Assembly: GCA_013215465.1 (NCBI GenBank)
Contig: JABSOW010000018.1
Location: 6,174-70,173 of the forward strand
Direction of reading: 5' to 3'
Source: Colwellia sp.
GTDB lineage: Bacteria; Pseudomonadota; Gammaproteobacteria; Enterobacterales; Alteromonadaceae
Length of the DNA: 64,000 nucleotides
Below the pieces are notes generated by a model. It was not told the DNA's origin and ran no database searches. It saw nothing but the letters and a program-made list of their open reading frames with translations. The translations under genes were made by a program, and so were the position numbers. Positions 27,153 to 37,348 of this stretch are shown here, piece by piece. The first letter of the stretch is position 1. Every line of letters starts with the position of its first letter.

Positions 27153-27743
27153 TTAAATTATTTTCTATTTTTAACCTTACTCATAGTTCGGTTAGGAATA
27201 TCCTGATTTTAGCCAAGAATCAATGCTCTACTCTACGTTATCTATGAATTTCATAGGGTTAAAACCACTTTGTCGATACAATATCTACTATATATTTAGG
27301 AAAACAAGAGTTATAGTAGCTTTTCTTTAGATAGTAAATTAACCCTCAGCCATTTATAACAAAACTCTATGAATAATAACGCTCTCCACTTAGATCTGAA
27401 CAAAGTTCGTCAACATAAAAGAGATATTTTTAATAAAATTCAAAGTAATGAATAGACTAAAAATTATATTCTAACCCTTGATGAGAATACTGCTGATTCA
27501 AATATAAATAAAGCAATTAAAGATGCCAAACTTTGGTGTAAAACAGAGTTTGAAAACCACCGGTAGTGATACTGAGAAGTATGGGCTGATGTTCATGGGG
27601 TATTCTCCAAGCTAAGATGAGGCGACATGCCTCAAAACTTAATGTAGGAAAAAGTGAAGGTGTTATAGGAATAAACTGTGCTTGCCAAGGGCACCATTAC
27701 CGCGGAGCGGTTTAGTTCTATCTATCAGCAGTAGCCATTAACA

Positions 27744-28421
27744 TTAACTTGGTGGGTCAATATTATTGGCAATACTGTTGTTTAGGCGAAACCAGCCCGC
27801 AATGGAGTATCGATCTTGCCTAGCGGGTAATACTTCATGAGGAAATTCTTCACTTAAAAATACCACTATAGTGCCAAGGTTAGGTGTTACGGTAATTCTA
27901 CGGTGATCAACAACGGAAGACGCTGCCGTTTTTTCATCATAAATTACTAACTCGCCACCATCGCCCGCAGACCAATGTTGATTAAGATATACCACAATAG
28001 ATAGCACGCGGTTACCCTCACCTTTAAAAGCGTCTTTGTGCTTTTTATAAAAGTCACCTTTTGCGTAATGAGAAAAATGACTTTCAAAAGAGAATAAACC
28101 AAGAAACAAGCGTCTATTTAAATAAGCTTGTAGTGACTCTGACCATTTTATCCAAGAACAACCCGCTTCGCTGTTACTGGTTATCCAGCTAATTTCGTCT
28201 GTGCGAACAAAATCGTTAATAATATGATCTTTGGCTCGCCCTATACCTGCACGTTTAAAATTTTCGTCTGGCAGTTCGATAATATGTTGTAATAACAAAC
28301 GGGTTAAATTTTCGGGCAAAGCGTTAGGGCGAATACTATAACCTTTTTCAACAATGTCATTGGATATTGATTCAAAGAGTGATTTATCACCGCCAGAATA
28401 AGTCGTTTGAGCTAGGCTCAA
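27744..28421 (-). CDS. 2OG-Fe(II) oxygenase (prolyl 4-hydroxylase-like)
   Basis: 225 aa with a TTG start. Carries H-x-D (KHKDAF), GGELVIY and a distal His (PHEVLP). Confidence 0.75.
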   Translation of the reverse strand: MSLAQTTYSGGDKSLFESISNDIVEKGYSIRPNALPENLTRLLLQHIIELPDENFKRAGIGRAKDHIINDFVRTDEISWITSNSEAGCSWIKWSESLQAYLNRRLFLGLFSFESHFSHYAKGDFYKKHKDAFKGEGNRVLSIVVYLNQHWSAGDGGELVIYDEKTAASSVVDHRRITVTPNLGTIVVFLSEEFPHEVLPARQDRYSIAGWFRLNNSIANNIDPPS

Positions 28422-28676
28422 CTACATCCTGTCTTAGAAGGTAAAACTAACATTTAATTGATAATCTAATAAAGTGAAATATACGCCATATTAGCACTTT
28501 GCATGTATTTAACGGTAAAAATAAATTAAAGTGACTTTTAACATTATTTATACCCATAAAACTGATCAGAGAACTTTATGATCAGATATCGATAAAATAT
28601 TTTGCATCGATAATTGATGAATTCAATTTCGCACCTGAAAAAGTCTAGATGATTTAGCTCTGTAAAATTAGTTAAC

Positions 28677-30332
28677 CTAAATAAAAATTGCACAATTATT
28701 TTTGCCGTTTTGTTTTACCTTGTATAAAGCTTTATCGGCTTTTATAATAAGTTGTTTGATGGTATCGCCATGGTCAGGATAGATAGCAATACCAATGCTA
28801 CAACTGATATTAACTTGCATATCTAAACCTAAACTTGTCTGCTGTATTTGTTTTATCACTGCTTTGCTCACTTTATGTAAAGCAGACTCATCATAAATAT
28901 CTGGCATTAAAACAACAAACTCATCACCTCCTATTCTCGCAACAATATCAGAATGCCGAATACTGTTCTGAATTGCTTTTGCAACATGTTGCAAGACCCT
29001 ATCGCCAACTTGATGACCATAATTGTCGTTGACCTGTTTAAATTCATCTATATCGATAAACAGCAAACTAAATTTTTCATGCTTTAATTTCGATTGCTGA
29101 AGGAGGCTTTCAGATATTTGTTCAAATGCTCTACGAGTAGCAACTTGGGTTAGCTCATCATGCTCAGCAATGTATCTTAGTTCTTGCTGTAATTGGGTTT
29201 GCCGAGTTACTTCCAGTTGCAACAATTTGGAGCGGTGATGTAACAGATATGAAAATAAAACCCCCTCTATTATTAATCCTATGCCCGATGCGTAAAACTG
29301 GTATTCTTGATATGGCAGTAGTCCATATAGCCCGGCAATAGTCAGACCCATCCCAAAAATATAAATTAGATAAGCAACAATAAAAATTCTAACCAAAGGA
29401 TGATTTTTCAATATCATTTTTCTGGCAACAATAATCATAACAACAAAAGAAAATAGAAATGATATAGGCACTAGCTTCATTCCTACGCCTATACCCAATA
29501 TAAAGGCAATGCTTAAATTTAGTAGGCAAACAATGACTACCGTAGTTAATAAATTATTTGCTGCAAAAGAATGCTTCTTAACTTCCAACGTATACTTAGT
29601 ATAAAAAACTAGAAATGCAGGAACCATTATTGCGGTAAGGTTAAGCCAATTAAGCCAATGGCGATGGCTTTCACTGAATTGAAAGAACAAACCATATAAA
29701 TAAGCTAAACCAATGGCACCATTTAACAGGTATAAAAAATAAAACAAAAACACCTTAGATTTACCATAAATATAAAGGGCTAAGTTATAAAACGCTAGAG
29801 TTAATAAAACAGCGATGATAGATACGGCAAGCACATTGTGTGTGGCTAATTGTTTTGCTATAGCATTTGTCCTGTGCAAAGAAAACTTATATATTTGAGA
29901 ATAAATGGAATGGTTACGTAGATAAAAAACCCTGGATTGATTACCTTCCAGTTCGATGGTGTGCAGCCATATATTAGCAATAAAGTTTTTATTATTACTA
30001 ACTGAATGCGTATTGAAGTTTGCTATGGATATTGTTAAGTCTCTAGAATCGTATAAGGTAGCTTGTTCACTTAAATAAGCAAAGTGATTGAATAGCGTTA
30101 AGCTTTGTTTTTTATCTGTATTATTAGTGGTCGTGATTTTAAGCCACACAATTGGTTCACTAATACCCAAATTAAAAGTATGGTTAACCGATGTAAATAC
30201 AGCCTGAATTGGTTGTTGTTTAGATTCTAGTTTTCCCTGATAGTACTCTATCGTCAACGTATTCTCTATTGGCTTAGCCCAGCCTACATTGATTATAGTG
30301 ACAAAAAGAATGAGTAGTAAAGATCGGTACAT
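28677..30332 (-). CDS. 7TMR-DISM sensor diguanylate cyclase (GGDEF)
   Basis: 551 aa: signal peptide, periplasmic beta-rich domain, about 7 TM helices, a coiled linker and a GGDEF domain (RIGGDEFVVL). Confidence 0.85.
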   Translation of the reverse strand: MYRSLLLILFVTIINVGWAKPIENTLTIEYYQGKLESKQQPIQAVFTSVNHTFNLGISEPIVWLKITTTNNTDKKQSLTLFNHFAYLSEQATLYDSRDLTISIANFNTHSVSNNKNFIANIWLHTIELEGNQSRVFYLRNHSIYSQIYKFSLHRTNAIAKQLATHNVLAVSIIAVLLTLAFYNLALYIYGKSKVFLFYFLYLLNGAIGLAYLYGLFFQFSESHRHWLNWLNLTAIMVPAFLVFYTKYTLEVKKHSFAANNLLTTVVIVCLLNLSIAFILGIGVGMKLVPISFLFSFVVMIIVARKMILKNHPLVRIFIVAYLIYIFGMGLTIAGLYGLLPYQEYQFYASGIGLIIEGVLFSYLLHHRSKLLQLEVTRQTQLQQELRYIAEHDELTQVATRRAFEQISESLLQQSKLKHEKFSLLFIDIDEFKQVNDNYGHQVGDRVLQHVAKAIQNSIRHSDIVARIGGDEFVVLMPDIYDESALHKVSKAVIKQIQQTSLGLDMQVNISCSIGIAIYPDHGDTIKQLIIKADKALYKVKQNGKNNCAIFI

Positions 30333-30384
30333 AATAATAGCTTAAAATTTTGTTATCGTTAGTGAAACAAGCGCTAACGGCAGT

Positions 30385-31014
30385 TTAGCGATTAAGTGTA
30401 GTGTCAAAATTGGTTAGTTTGGTAACGCCACCGGCAACCATGCTATCAATATGAATGTCGCCAATCCTAACTCTTACCAGTCTTAATGTAGCAAAGCCCA
30501 CTGCCGCCGTCATTTTTCTTATCTGACGATTTTTTCCTTCACAGAGCGTAATAGAAATCCAGTTAGTAGGCCCATGTTTAGCATCGCGGATTTTACGGCC
30601 ACGAGTGGGAAGTTTAGGTTCACAGTCTAGCTTAATCGCTTTGCAAGGCTGAGTTAGATAAGGGGTGCCATTAATAGCAATCTCAACACCATTTTGTAGC
30701 AATGAAATTGCGGTCGCAGTAATTACGCCGTCTACTTGCACGTAATACTCTTTTTCTATGTCTTTGCTTCTGACTTTGTAGCTAATCATACCATCGGTCG
30801 TGAGTAACAATAAGCCTTCGGAGTCGTGATCTAATCGCCCAATCGCCATGGTTTTATCGGGGAAGTTAAATAGTTCGCCTAGTAAATGTTTCTTCTTCCG
30901 TTTTTCAGGTAAAAACTGACTTAAAAAACCATATGGCTTAAATATCTTGAAGTGTTGGTGAGTCTGCCTTGGCTCAGCGAGTTCTGGTAAATAGGTTTGG
31001 TTAGTCGTTGGCAT
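30385..31014 (-). CDS. Pseudouridine synthase, RsuA/RluE family (no S4 domain)
   Basis: 209 aa with the catalytic motif GRLDHDSEGLLLLTTDG and C-terminal GKNRQIRKM. Confidence 0.85.
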   Translation of the reverse strand: MPTTNQTYLPELAEPRQTHQHFKIFKPYGFLSQFLPEKRKKKHLLGELFNFPDKTMAIGRLDHDSEGLLLLTTDGMISYKVRSKDIEKEYYVQVDGVITATAISLLQNGVEIAINGTPYLTQPCKAIKLDCEPKLPTRGRKIRDAKHGPTNWISITLCEGKNRQIRKMTAAVGFATLRLVRVRIGDIHIDSMVAGGVTKLTNFDTTLNR

Positions 31015-31060
31015 TAAACATGGCCTTAATTGTAGGATCTCAGAGCTAGCGCATTAAAGA

Positions 31061-31094
31061 AACAGGCAGTAACAATATATTGTTACTGCCTGTT
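31061..31094. terminator. Perfect palindromic terminator hairpin downstream of the purine permease gene
   Basis: AACAGGCAGTAACAATA-TATTGTTACTGCCTGTT, flanked by A/T runs. Confidence 0.7.
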
Positions 31095-31135
31095 TTGTTA
31101 ATCAAAAATATTAACGTCGATCATTCTTTATGAAG

Positions 31136-32428
31136 TTAACCAACAAAAGCAATTTTAGCAATAAACAGTGCGGTTAAAATCCAGACACTGGTAGTGATTT
31201 CATGGGCTTTCCCGCAGGTTGCTTTAGTAATGGTATAAGTAATAAAAGCAAGTGTAATACCATGGGCAATTGAAAAAGTTAATGGGGTAAATAATAAAAT
31301 AACCGTAACAGGTGCCGCTTCGGTGATATCATCCCAATCGACTTCTTTTAAGTTGTATAACATTAATATGGCAACGTAAAATATAGCGCCCGCTGTTGCA
31401 TAAACAGGGATCATTCCCGCTAGTGGCGCAAAAAATATACTGAGTAGAAATAAGCTACCAACAGTAACAGCCGTTAAGCCTGTTCGGCCACCAGCGGCAA
31501 CACCAGCAGCACTTTCTATATAACTTGTCGTGGTTGATGTTCCCAATGCCGCCCCCGAAAGCGTAGCAATACTGTCGCTTGATAATGCTTTGCCTAAGCG
31601 CTCTATCCGTCCATTGCTGTCAGTTAACCCTGCACGTTGAGTTACGGCAATTAAGGTGCCTGAGGTATCAAATAAATCAACAAATAAGAAGGCGAAAATA
31701 ACACTTAACATACCTATATCAAAGGCAGCACTAAGGTCCATTTGCATAAAGGTCGGTGCGATTGATGGTGGTTGTGCCATTATACCTGCGTATTCCACAT
31801 CACCTAATAGCCAGCCGATTATGGTCATTATTAAAATACTAACCATTACTGCGCCTGGAATTTTACGCGCTGTTAATGCAGCAATAATGAAAAAACCGAT
31901 AATACTCATTAATGGCACAAATTCAGTAATGTCACCTAGGGTAACAAAGGTCGCTGGGTGAGCGACGATAATACCCGAATTTTTTAAAGCAATCATCGCT
32001 AAAAAAGCGCCAATACCAGTGGCAATACCTAGTTTTAAAGTATGCGGGATGGCATTAATAATCCACTCTCTTACTTTAAAGAGACTAAGCAATAAAAATA
32101 TTATACCGGATAGAAACACCGCGCCTAAAGCTGCTTGCCAAGTGTGCCCCATACCAAGTACTACGCCATAGGTGAAAAAGGCGTTTAATCCCATCCCAGG
32201 TGCTAGCGCAATAGGGTAATTTGCAACAAAGCCCATAATATAGCAACCAATTGCCGCAGCTAAACAGGTAGCAACAAAAACGGCACCTTGATCCATACCT
32301 GCATCTGCTAATATGGTCGGGTTTACAAAAATAATGTAAGCCATGGTTAAAAATGTTGTTAACCCCGCCATTATTTCTGTTTTTACATTAGTATTGTGCT
32401 CAGCTAATTTAAATATTTTTTCTAACAT
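31136..32428 (-). CDS. NCS2/AzgA-family purine (adenine/guanine/hypoxanthine) permease
   Basis: 430 aa. The N-terminus LEKIFKLAEHNTNVKTEIMAGLTTFLTMAYIIFVNP is nearly colinear with E. coli AdeP/GhxP-type permeases. Confidence 0.85.
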   Translation of the reverse strand: MLEKIFKLAEHNTNVKTEIMAGLTTFLTMAYIIFVNPTILADAGMDQGAVFVATCLAAAIGCYIMGFVANYPIALAPGMGLNAFFTYGVVLGMGHTWQAALGAVFLSGIIFLLLSLFKVREWIINAIPHTLKLGIATGIGAFLAMIALKNSGIIVAHPATFVTLGDITEFVPLMSIIGFFIIAALTARKIPGAVMVSILIMTIIGWLLGDVEYAGIMAQPPSIAPTFMQMDLSAAFDIGMLSVIFAFLFVDLFDTSGTLIAVTQRAGLTDSNGRIERLGKALSSDSIATLSGAALGTSTTTSYIESAAGVAAGGRTGLTAVTVGSLFLLSIFFAPLAGMIPVYATAGAIFYVAILMLYNLKEVDWDDITEAAPVTVILLFTPLTFSIAHGITLAFITYTITKATCGKAHEITTSVWILTALFIAKIAFVG

Positions 32429-32533
32429 TCATAACCTTTTTTGACATTGAAATATTTAGGCGAGGATTTTAAGCTATTTATGCGATCAAATCATAAAGAA
32501 ATTGAACTATTATAAAAACTAGTTATCATGCCC

Positions 32534-32586
32534 CCTAAAATTACGATCCTAAAATTACGATCCTAAAATTACCATTCTAAAACTTA
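32534..32586. repeat. 14-bp tandem repeat CCTAAAATTACGAT, about 3.7 copies
   Basis: Copies start at 32534, 32548 and 32562 (the third has one substitution), plus a partial fourth. The array ends 10 nt before the tsx-like start codon. Confidence 0.85.
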
Positions 32587-32596
32587 AGAGAGTTAT

Positions 32597-33289
32597 ATGT
32601 TCAAACCTTTACTTATCACAATATTATGTCTATCAAGCATAACCGCACAAGCCAAAACAGTTTGGTCTGATTTTAGCCTGACTTATCTTAATGGCAGTAA
32701 CTATGAAGTAGGTGATAAAGATCGTGAAGTCGTTACTTTTGAATATGTTAGCGGCACTACTTGGGGCGACACCTTTATGTTTTTTGATCGCCTTGAGTCA
32801 TCTAACGGTGATGTTGAAACTTATGGTGAGTTTAGCCCTCGTTTCAAAATCAAAGACTTTGCTGATAGCGTCATTAAAAGTGTTTACTTTGCTCCATCAG
32901 TAGAGCTTGGACCAGAAACAAACTATTTAGTGGGCGTTGGGCTAGATTTAGATATCAGCTATTTTGATTACTTTCAGCTGAATACTTATTTCCGTAATAA
33001 TGGTGATGGCGACAATAGTGAACAATTAACACTCGTTTGGGGGCTTCCTATTGGTTCATTATACTACGATGGTTTTATGGACTACGCGACAGGTGTTGAT
33101 AATACAGTGTTTGGTGATACCGAAGCTCAAATGAACTTCACGTCACAATTAAAATATAACTTAGCTTCACTACTTGATCTAGATACTAAGCTTTTTGTTG
33201 GTATTGAATACGCATACTGGAATAACAAATTTGGTATTAAAAATGTTGATGAAAGAAATATTAATTTACTAGTGAAATACCACTTCTAA
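32597..33289 (+). CDS. Tsx/OmpK-family outer-membrane nucleoside channel
   Basis: 230 aa with a signal peptide (...AQA/KT). Has W.DFSL.YLNG..Y and WGD.FMFFDR...YGEFSPRF, and ends with an aromatic residue, as beta-barrels typically do. Confidence 0.7.
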   Translation: MFKPLLITILCLSSITAQAKTVWSDFSLTYLNGSNYEVGDKDREVVTFEYVSGTTWGDTFMFFDRLESSNGDVETYGEFSPRFKIKDFADSVIKSVYFAPSVELGPETNYLVGVGLDLDISYFDYFQLNTYFRNNGDGDNSEQLTLVWGLPIGSLYYDGFMDYATGVDNTVFGDTEAQMNFTSQLKYNLASLLDLDTKLFVGIEYAYWNNKFGIKNVDERNINLLVKYHF

Positions 33290-33335
33290 GATAATATTCA
33301 CTCTATAACTTAAATCTTTTTGACAGGAAATTATT

Positions 33336-33965
33336 ATGACAGTACATGAAATTAACCACCCATTAGTGCAACACAAACTAGGGCTTATGCGCGCCAACGG
33401 CATCAGCACTAAGAGCTTTCGCGAGTTATGCAGCGAAATTGGCTCTTTGTTAACTTATGAAGCCACCAAAAACTTACCAACAGAAAAAATAACGATTGAA
33501 GGCTGGCAAGGGACTGATATTGAAATAGATCATATCAAAGGAAAAAAGATGACTATTGTGCCTATTTTGCGCGCAGGACTAGGCATGTTGGATGGCGTAG
33601 TATCTTTGATCCCAAGTGCTAAAATTAGTGTTGTCGGCTTGTACCGTGATGAAGAAACTTTAGAAGCGGTTCCCTATTTCGATAAAGTTGTTAGTGATAT
33701 AGATCAGCGCACGGCGTTAATTGTTGATCCTATGCTAGCGACAGGCGGCACTTTAATTGCCACTATTGATTTATTAAAATCAAAAGGCTGTAAGCATATT
33801 TTAGGTTTGTTCTTAGTTGCCTCCCCTGAGGGCATCGAAAAACTTAAAGAAGCGCATGATGATGTTGATATCTATGTTGCTTCTGTTGATGAAAAACTAA
33901 ATGAGCAAGGCTATATTATTCCAGGGTTAGGTGATGCCGGCGATAAAATCTTTGGAACTAAGTAA
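33336..33965 (+). CDS. upp: Uracil phosphoribosyltransferase
   Basis: 209 aa. [12 protein letters not shown]...[17 protein letters not shown] is colinear with E. coli Upp, with the PRPP motif DPMLATGGT. Confidence 0.95.
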   Translation: MTVHEINHPLVQHKLGLMRANGISTKSFRELCSEIGSLLTYEATKNLPTEKITIEGWQGTDIEIDHIKGKKMTIVPILRAGLGMLDGVVSLIPSAKISVVGLYRDEETLEAVPYFDKVVSDIDQRTALIVDPMLATGGTLIATIDLLKSKGCKHILGLFLVASPEGIEKLKEAHDDVDIYVASVDEKLNEQGYIIPGLGDAGDKIFGTK

Positions 33966-35183
33966 ATGAGTCAGATTAAAAATTCACTATTAGGCGCACA
34001 AATGTTGTTTGTGGCTTTTGGCGCATTAGTATTAGTGCCTATTTTAACTGGACTTGATCCTAATGTAGCATTGTTTACTGCGGGTATCGGTACCTTGATT
34101 TTTCAATTGGTAACTAAACGACAAGTACCAATATTTTTAGCTTCTTCATTTGCTTTCATTGCGCCCATTAGTTATGGCGTGGCAACTTGGGGTATAGCTT
34201 CAACAATGTCAGGCTTGGTTGCCGCGGGCTTGTTTTACATGTTATTAAGTTTCATTATTGCTTGGCGCGGTGACGGAGTAGTTCATAAATTATTACCTCC
34301 TGTTGTGGTTGCTCCGGTGATCATGGTTATCGGCTTAAATTTGGCACCAGTTGGTGTCAATATGGCATTAGGTAAAACCGGTGATGGCGCAATACAGCTT
34401 ATTGATGCGGATATAGCACTGCTTATCTCAATGCTCACCTTAGCCACCACAGTTGCGGTTTCACTGCTGGCTAAGGGTCTATTGAAATTAATTCCTATTT
34501 TATGCGGGCTTATTGTTGGTTATATACTGTCTTTAAGCTTTGGCATAGTTGATTTTTCAACCGTAGCTCAAAGCCCTTGGTTTGCAATTCCAAACTTTGT
34601 TTTTCCTGAGTTTCACTGGCAAGCGATATTATTTATTTTACCCATAGCCATTGCGCCTGCGGTTGAGCATATTGGTGATATTACCGCTATTTCTAATATT
34701 ACGGGCAAAGATTTTTTAAAAAACCCAGGATTAAAGAAAACCTTATTAGGTGATGGCTTAGCGACGTCTGCTGCAGCAATGTTAGGTGGTCCACCTAATA
34801 CTACCTACTCAGAAGTAACAGGTGCGGTAGCATTAACTAAATCATTCAACCCTGTCATTATGACATGGGCAGCTGTTTTTGCTATTTTATTGGCATTTTT
34901 GGGAAAAACAGGGGCGGTATTATCTACAATCCCTGTACCTGTAATGGGCGGCATAATGGTATTGTTATTTGGTACAATCGCCGTTGTTGGTTTGAAAACG
35001 TTAATAACTGCACAGGTTGATTTAGGTAAAACTAAAAATATGGCCATTGTTGCAGTGGTATTGGTGTTTGGTTTAGGTGGTATGCAGTTTGACTTAGGTA
35101 GCTTCCAACTAGAAGGTATCGCACTCGCTGCAATCTCAGCGATTTTGCTTAACTTATTACTGCCAGAAGAAAAAGAGCAGTAA
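33966..35183 (+). CDS. uraA: Uracil permease (NCS2 family)
   Basis: 405 aa and polytopic. Starts 1 nt after the upp stop, the classical upp-uraA operon arrangement. Confidence 0.9.
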   Translation: MSQIKNSLLGAQMLFVAFGALVLVPILTGLDPNVALFTAGIGTLIFQLVTKRQVPIFLASSFAFIAPISYGVATWGIASTMSGLVAAGLFYMLLSFIIAWRGDGVVHKLLPPVVVAPVIMVIGLNLAPVGVNMALGKTGDGAIQLIDADIALLISMLTLATTVAVSLLAKGLLKLIPILCGLIVGYILSLSFGIVDFSTVAQSPWFAIPNFVFPEFHWQAILFILPIAIAPAVEHIGDITAISNITGKDFLKNPGLKKTLLGDGLATSAAAMLGGPPNTTYSEVTGAVALTKSFNPVIMTWAAVFAILLAFLGKTGAVLSTIPVPVMGGIMVLLFGTIAVVGLKTLITAQVDLGKTKNMAIVAVVLVFGLGGMQFDLGSFQLEGIALAAISAILLNLLLPEEKEQ

Positions 35184-35197
35184 GGATAAAACTTAAA

Positions 35198-35367
35198 CAG
35201 CCAGTATTATAGTGCTAAAAATCATTAGACTTTATACGTAGAGAAAATGGCCAAATACAAGGCATTTATTTTAATAACTAGTTGTTCTAATTATTAAATA
35301 AATAACGCAGTAGTTGGTTATTTTAACAAGTAAAAATGATCACATAGTTAGTGGGATTGGTATTACT
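35198..35367 (+). mobile_element. MITE-like element, copy 1 (IS630/Tc1-mariner-type ends)
   Basis: 35231-35367 is more than 90 percent identical by eye to 56497-56632. It ends in GATTGGTATTA, as the IS630-like remnant at 53035-53045 does. It sits between the uraA stop and the terminator at 35382. Confidence 0.55.
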
Positions 35368-35381
35368 ACAGCGTAATCGAT

Positions 35382-35418
35382 AAAGAGCAGTAACAATAAA
35401 TGTTACTGCTCTTTTTTT
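35382..35418 (+). terminator. Rho-independent terminator
   Basis: AAAGAGCAGTAACA-ataaa-TGTTACTGCTCTTT followed by TTTT. Confidence 0.75.
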
Positions 35419-35530
35419 ACACTGTCTTGTGGGCACTTAAGTGGTTTGAATAAAGTCCACATTGGCTTAACTAAGGTACTCAGTAAAGAACGAGCAGCAG
35501 TTTAAATGCATTTCGGAAAATATTATGTTA

Positions 35531-35863
35531 CTAGCCGCAACACTTTTTATATTTTTTGCCACTACCACATGAACAAGGATCATTACGGTTCGGCGTTTTT
35601 TCGAACGTTGTAGTGGTTGGCTTGTTTAGTATGGTAGTAAGTTCATTGATATTTTCATCGATGTCGCTGTCAACGGTGATATTGGCAAATAGTCCATTAT
35701 CAGCAACTAAGGTCTCTACTTCTCGTTTTTTTTCATCACTGGTAACCACCAGAGTTAATGGGCTTTTTTCTGTGCCAAGCTTAACAATACGCTTAGTATT
35801 ATAACCTGTTTTTACATGATTTTCTCTGGTGTGGATACGCCCTTTGTAATACAGGTCGTGCAT
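35531..35863 (-). CDS. SEC-C metal-binding motif protein
   Basis: 110 aa with the C-terminal SEC-C zinc motif CSCGSGKKYKKCCG. Confidence 0.75.
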   Translation of the reverse strand: MHDLYYKGRIHTRENHVKTGYNTKRIVKLGTEKSPLTLVVTSDEKKREVETLVADNGLFANITVDSDIDENINELTTILNKPTTTTFEKTPNRNDPCSCGSGKKYKKCCG

Positions 35864-36189
35864 AATGAACTCCGCTAATTAAATACTTGGTTTAAGCGCG
35901 GCAGTATAACGTAAAACATAAAATAGTCGACTGTTGAATTAAGAAAGCTGAATTCTACTAGCCTTATAGTGAAAGGCTGCTCAAAGTAACGTTTTTGTTA
36001 AGGGCTGTTTTTTCTCCAGTGACGATGTCAGCATAACTCAAACCTAGCTAATGCCTAACGTTAGGATTATATAACTTACGGGTAATTACCTTTAAATGTG
36101 TTATTTAAATGATGATGTTTATAAGTAAATTATTTACAATCATTATCAATTGCAAGTTGGTTTTTAAAGCTATTCTAAAGGTAGAAAAA

Positions 36190-37179
36190 ATGGAAGTTAA
36201 AAATGTAGTGTTAAGCTCTTTGCTAGTATTATTTAGTTACATGGCTGTGGCAAAAGATTCAATATTTGATGAAAATGCAATGCTTGCTTGTGTTGCGGAG
36301 TTAAGTCGTCACGCTGCAGATGATGTTGCTATTGGCGATATTAAAAAACAATGTCATGAAAAAATCAAATCACCACTAACTAAACGCATGATACTAGAAC
36401 AAAGTGCATCGTCGAACCCTTTTGCAATATTGCCACATAAACCTAATTATATACTGCCATTTACCTATTTTGAGGCTAACGAAACCCCTTATGAGAATGT
36501 TCTACAAGGGTATGATTTAGATAATTTGGAGATTAAGTTTCAAGTCTCATTGAAATACATTATCACTGAAAATCTTTTCGTTGAAAATCTCGACCTAGAA
36601 GCCGCTTTTACCACAACTAGCTGGTGGCAAGCATATAACTCAGACCTATCAGCAGTCTTTAGAGAAACAAATTATGAACCTGAACTGATTTTATCTTACC
36701 AGGTACCTTGGTCATTATTTGGTATGACTATTGATTACACTACTTTGTCATTTAATCATCAATCTAACGGCCAAGCAGGCACATTGTCTAAAAGTTGGAA
36801 CCGCATTATTGCTGCCTTTACTGTTGTTGATGACAACCTAATTTGGAATCTCAGAGCTTGGTATAGAATACCTGAAGAAGCTAAGTCTTCCGCGACTGAT
36901 ACTGCTGGAGATGATAACCCTAATATAGAAAATTATATGGGTTACGGTGAATTAGGTTTGCTATGGAAGGTAAACGACAACCATAATATTGACTTTATGC
37001 TTCGTAATAACCTAAAAAGTGATAATAAAGGCGCGGTGAAAATAGGTTGGTCTTTTCCATTATCTACGCACTTACGAGGTTATGTAGAATATTTTAATGG
37101 TTATGGCGAAAGTCTCATTTATTATAATGAACAAACATCTCGTGTGGGCATTGGCGTTAAGCTTACCGACTGGCTCTAG
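36190..37179 (+). CDS. pldA: Outer-membrane phospholipase A
   Basis: Has the active-site HQSNG and the conserved YEPELILSY. I chose the internal start MEVKN (36190), which gives a signal peptide; the longest ORF begins at 36109. Confidence 0.85.
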   Translation: MEVKNVVLSSLLVLFSYMAVAKDSIFDENAMLACVAELSRHAADDVAIGDIKKQCHEKIKSPLTKRMILEQSASSNPFAILPHKPNYILPFTYFEANETPYENVLQGYDLDNLEIKFQVSLKYIITENLFVENLDLEAAFTTTSWWQAYNSDLSAVFRETNYEPELILSYQVPWSLFGMTIDYTTLSFNHQSNGQAGTLSKSWNRIIAAFTVVDDNLIWNLRAWYRIPEEAKSSATDTAGDDNPNIENYMGYGELGLLWKVNDNHNIDFMLRNNLKSDNKGAVKIGWSFPLSTHLRGYVEYFNGYGESLIYYNEQTSRVGIGVKLTDWL

Positions 37180-37284
37180 CTCTGTTTGAAATGGCATAGT
37201 TAATTTGGCCACCTAATTAGAGATGTTATCATGCAACTCATAACAACTTAGGTGATACAAATGGTAAAGAAGATGAAAATTAAG

Positions 37285-37320
37285 ACAGATATCAATCTAC
37301 TATTATTGATATCTGTTTAA
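37285..37320. terminator. Bidirectional terminator between pldA and the M48 protease gene
   Basis: ACAGATATCAAT-8 nt-ATTGATATCTGT with flanking A/T runs. Confidence 0.6.
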
Positions 37321-37348
37321 ATTGCCAAATTGATTCAGTTTGTTATTG

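Noticed and set aside
32429-32533. Purine riboswitch upstream of the NCS2 purine permease.
   Set aside because: I could not find the conserved three-way-junction core (for example the UAUAAU...UGG...CCU...ACU arrangement) on the minus strand.
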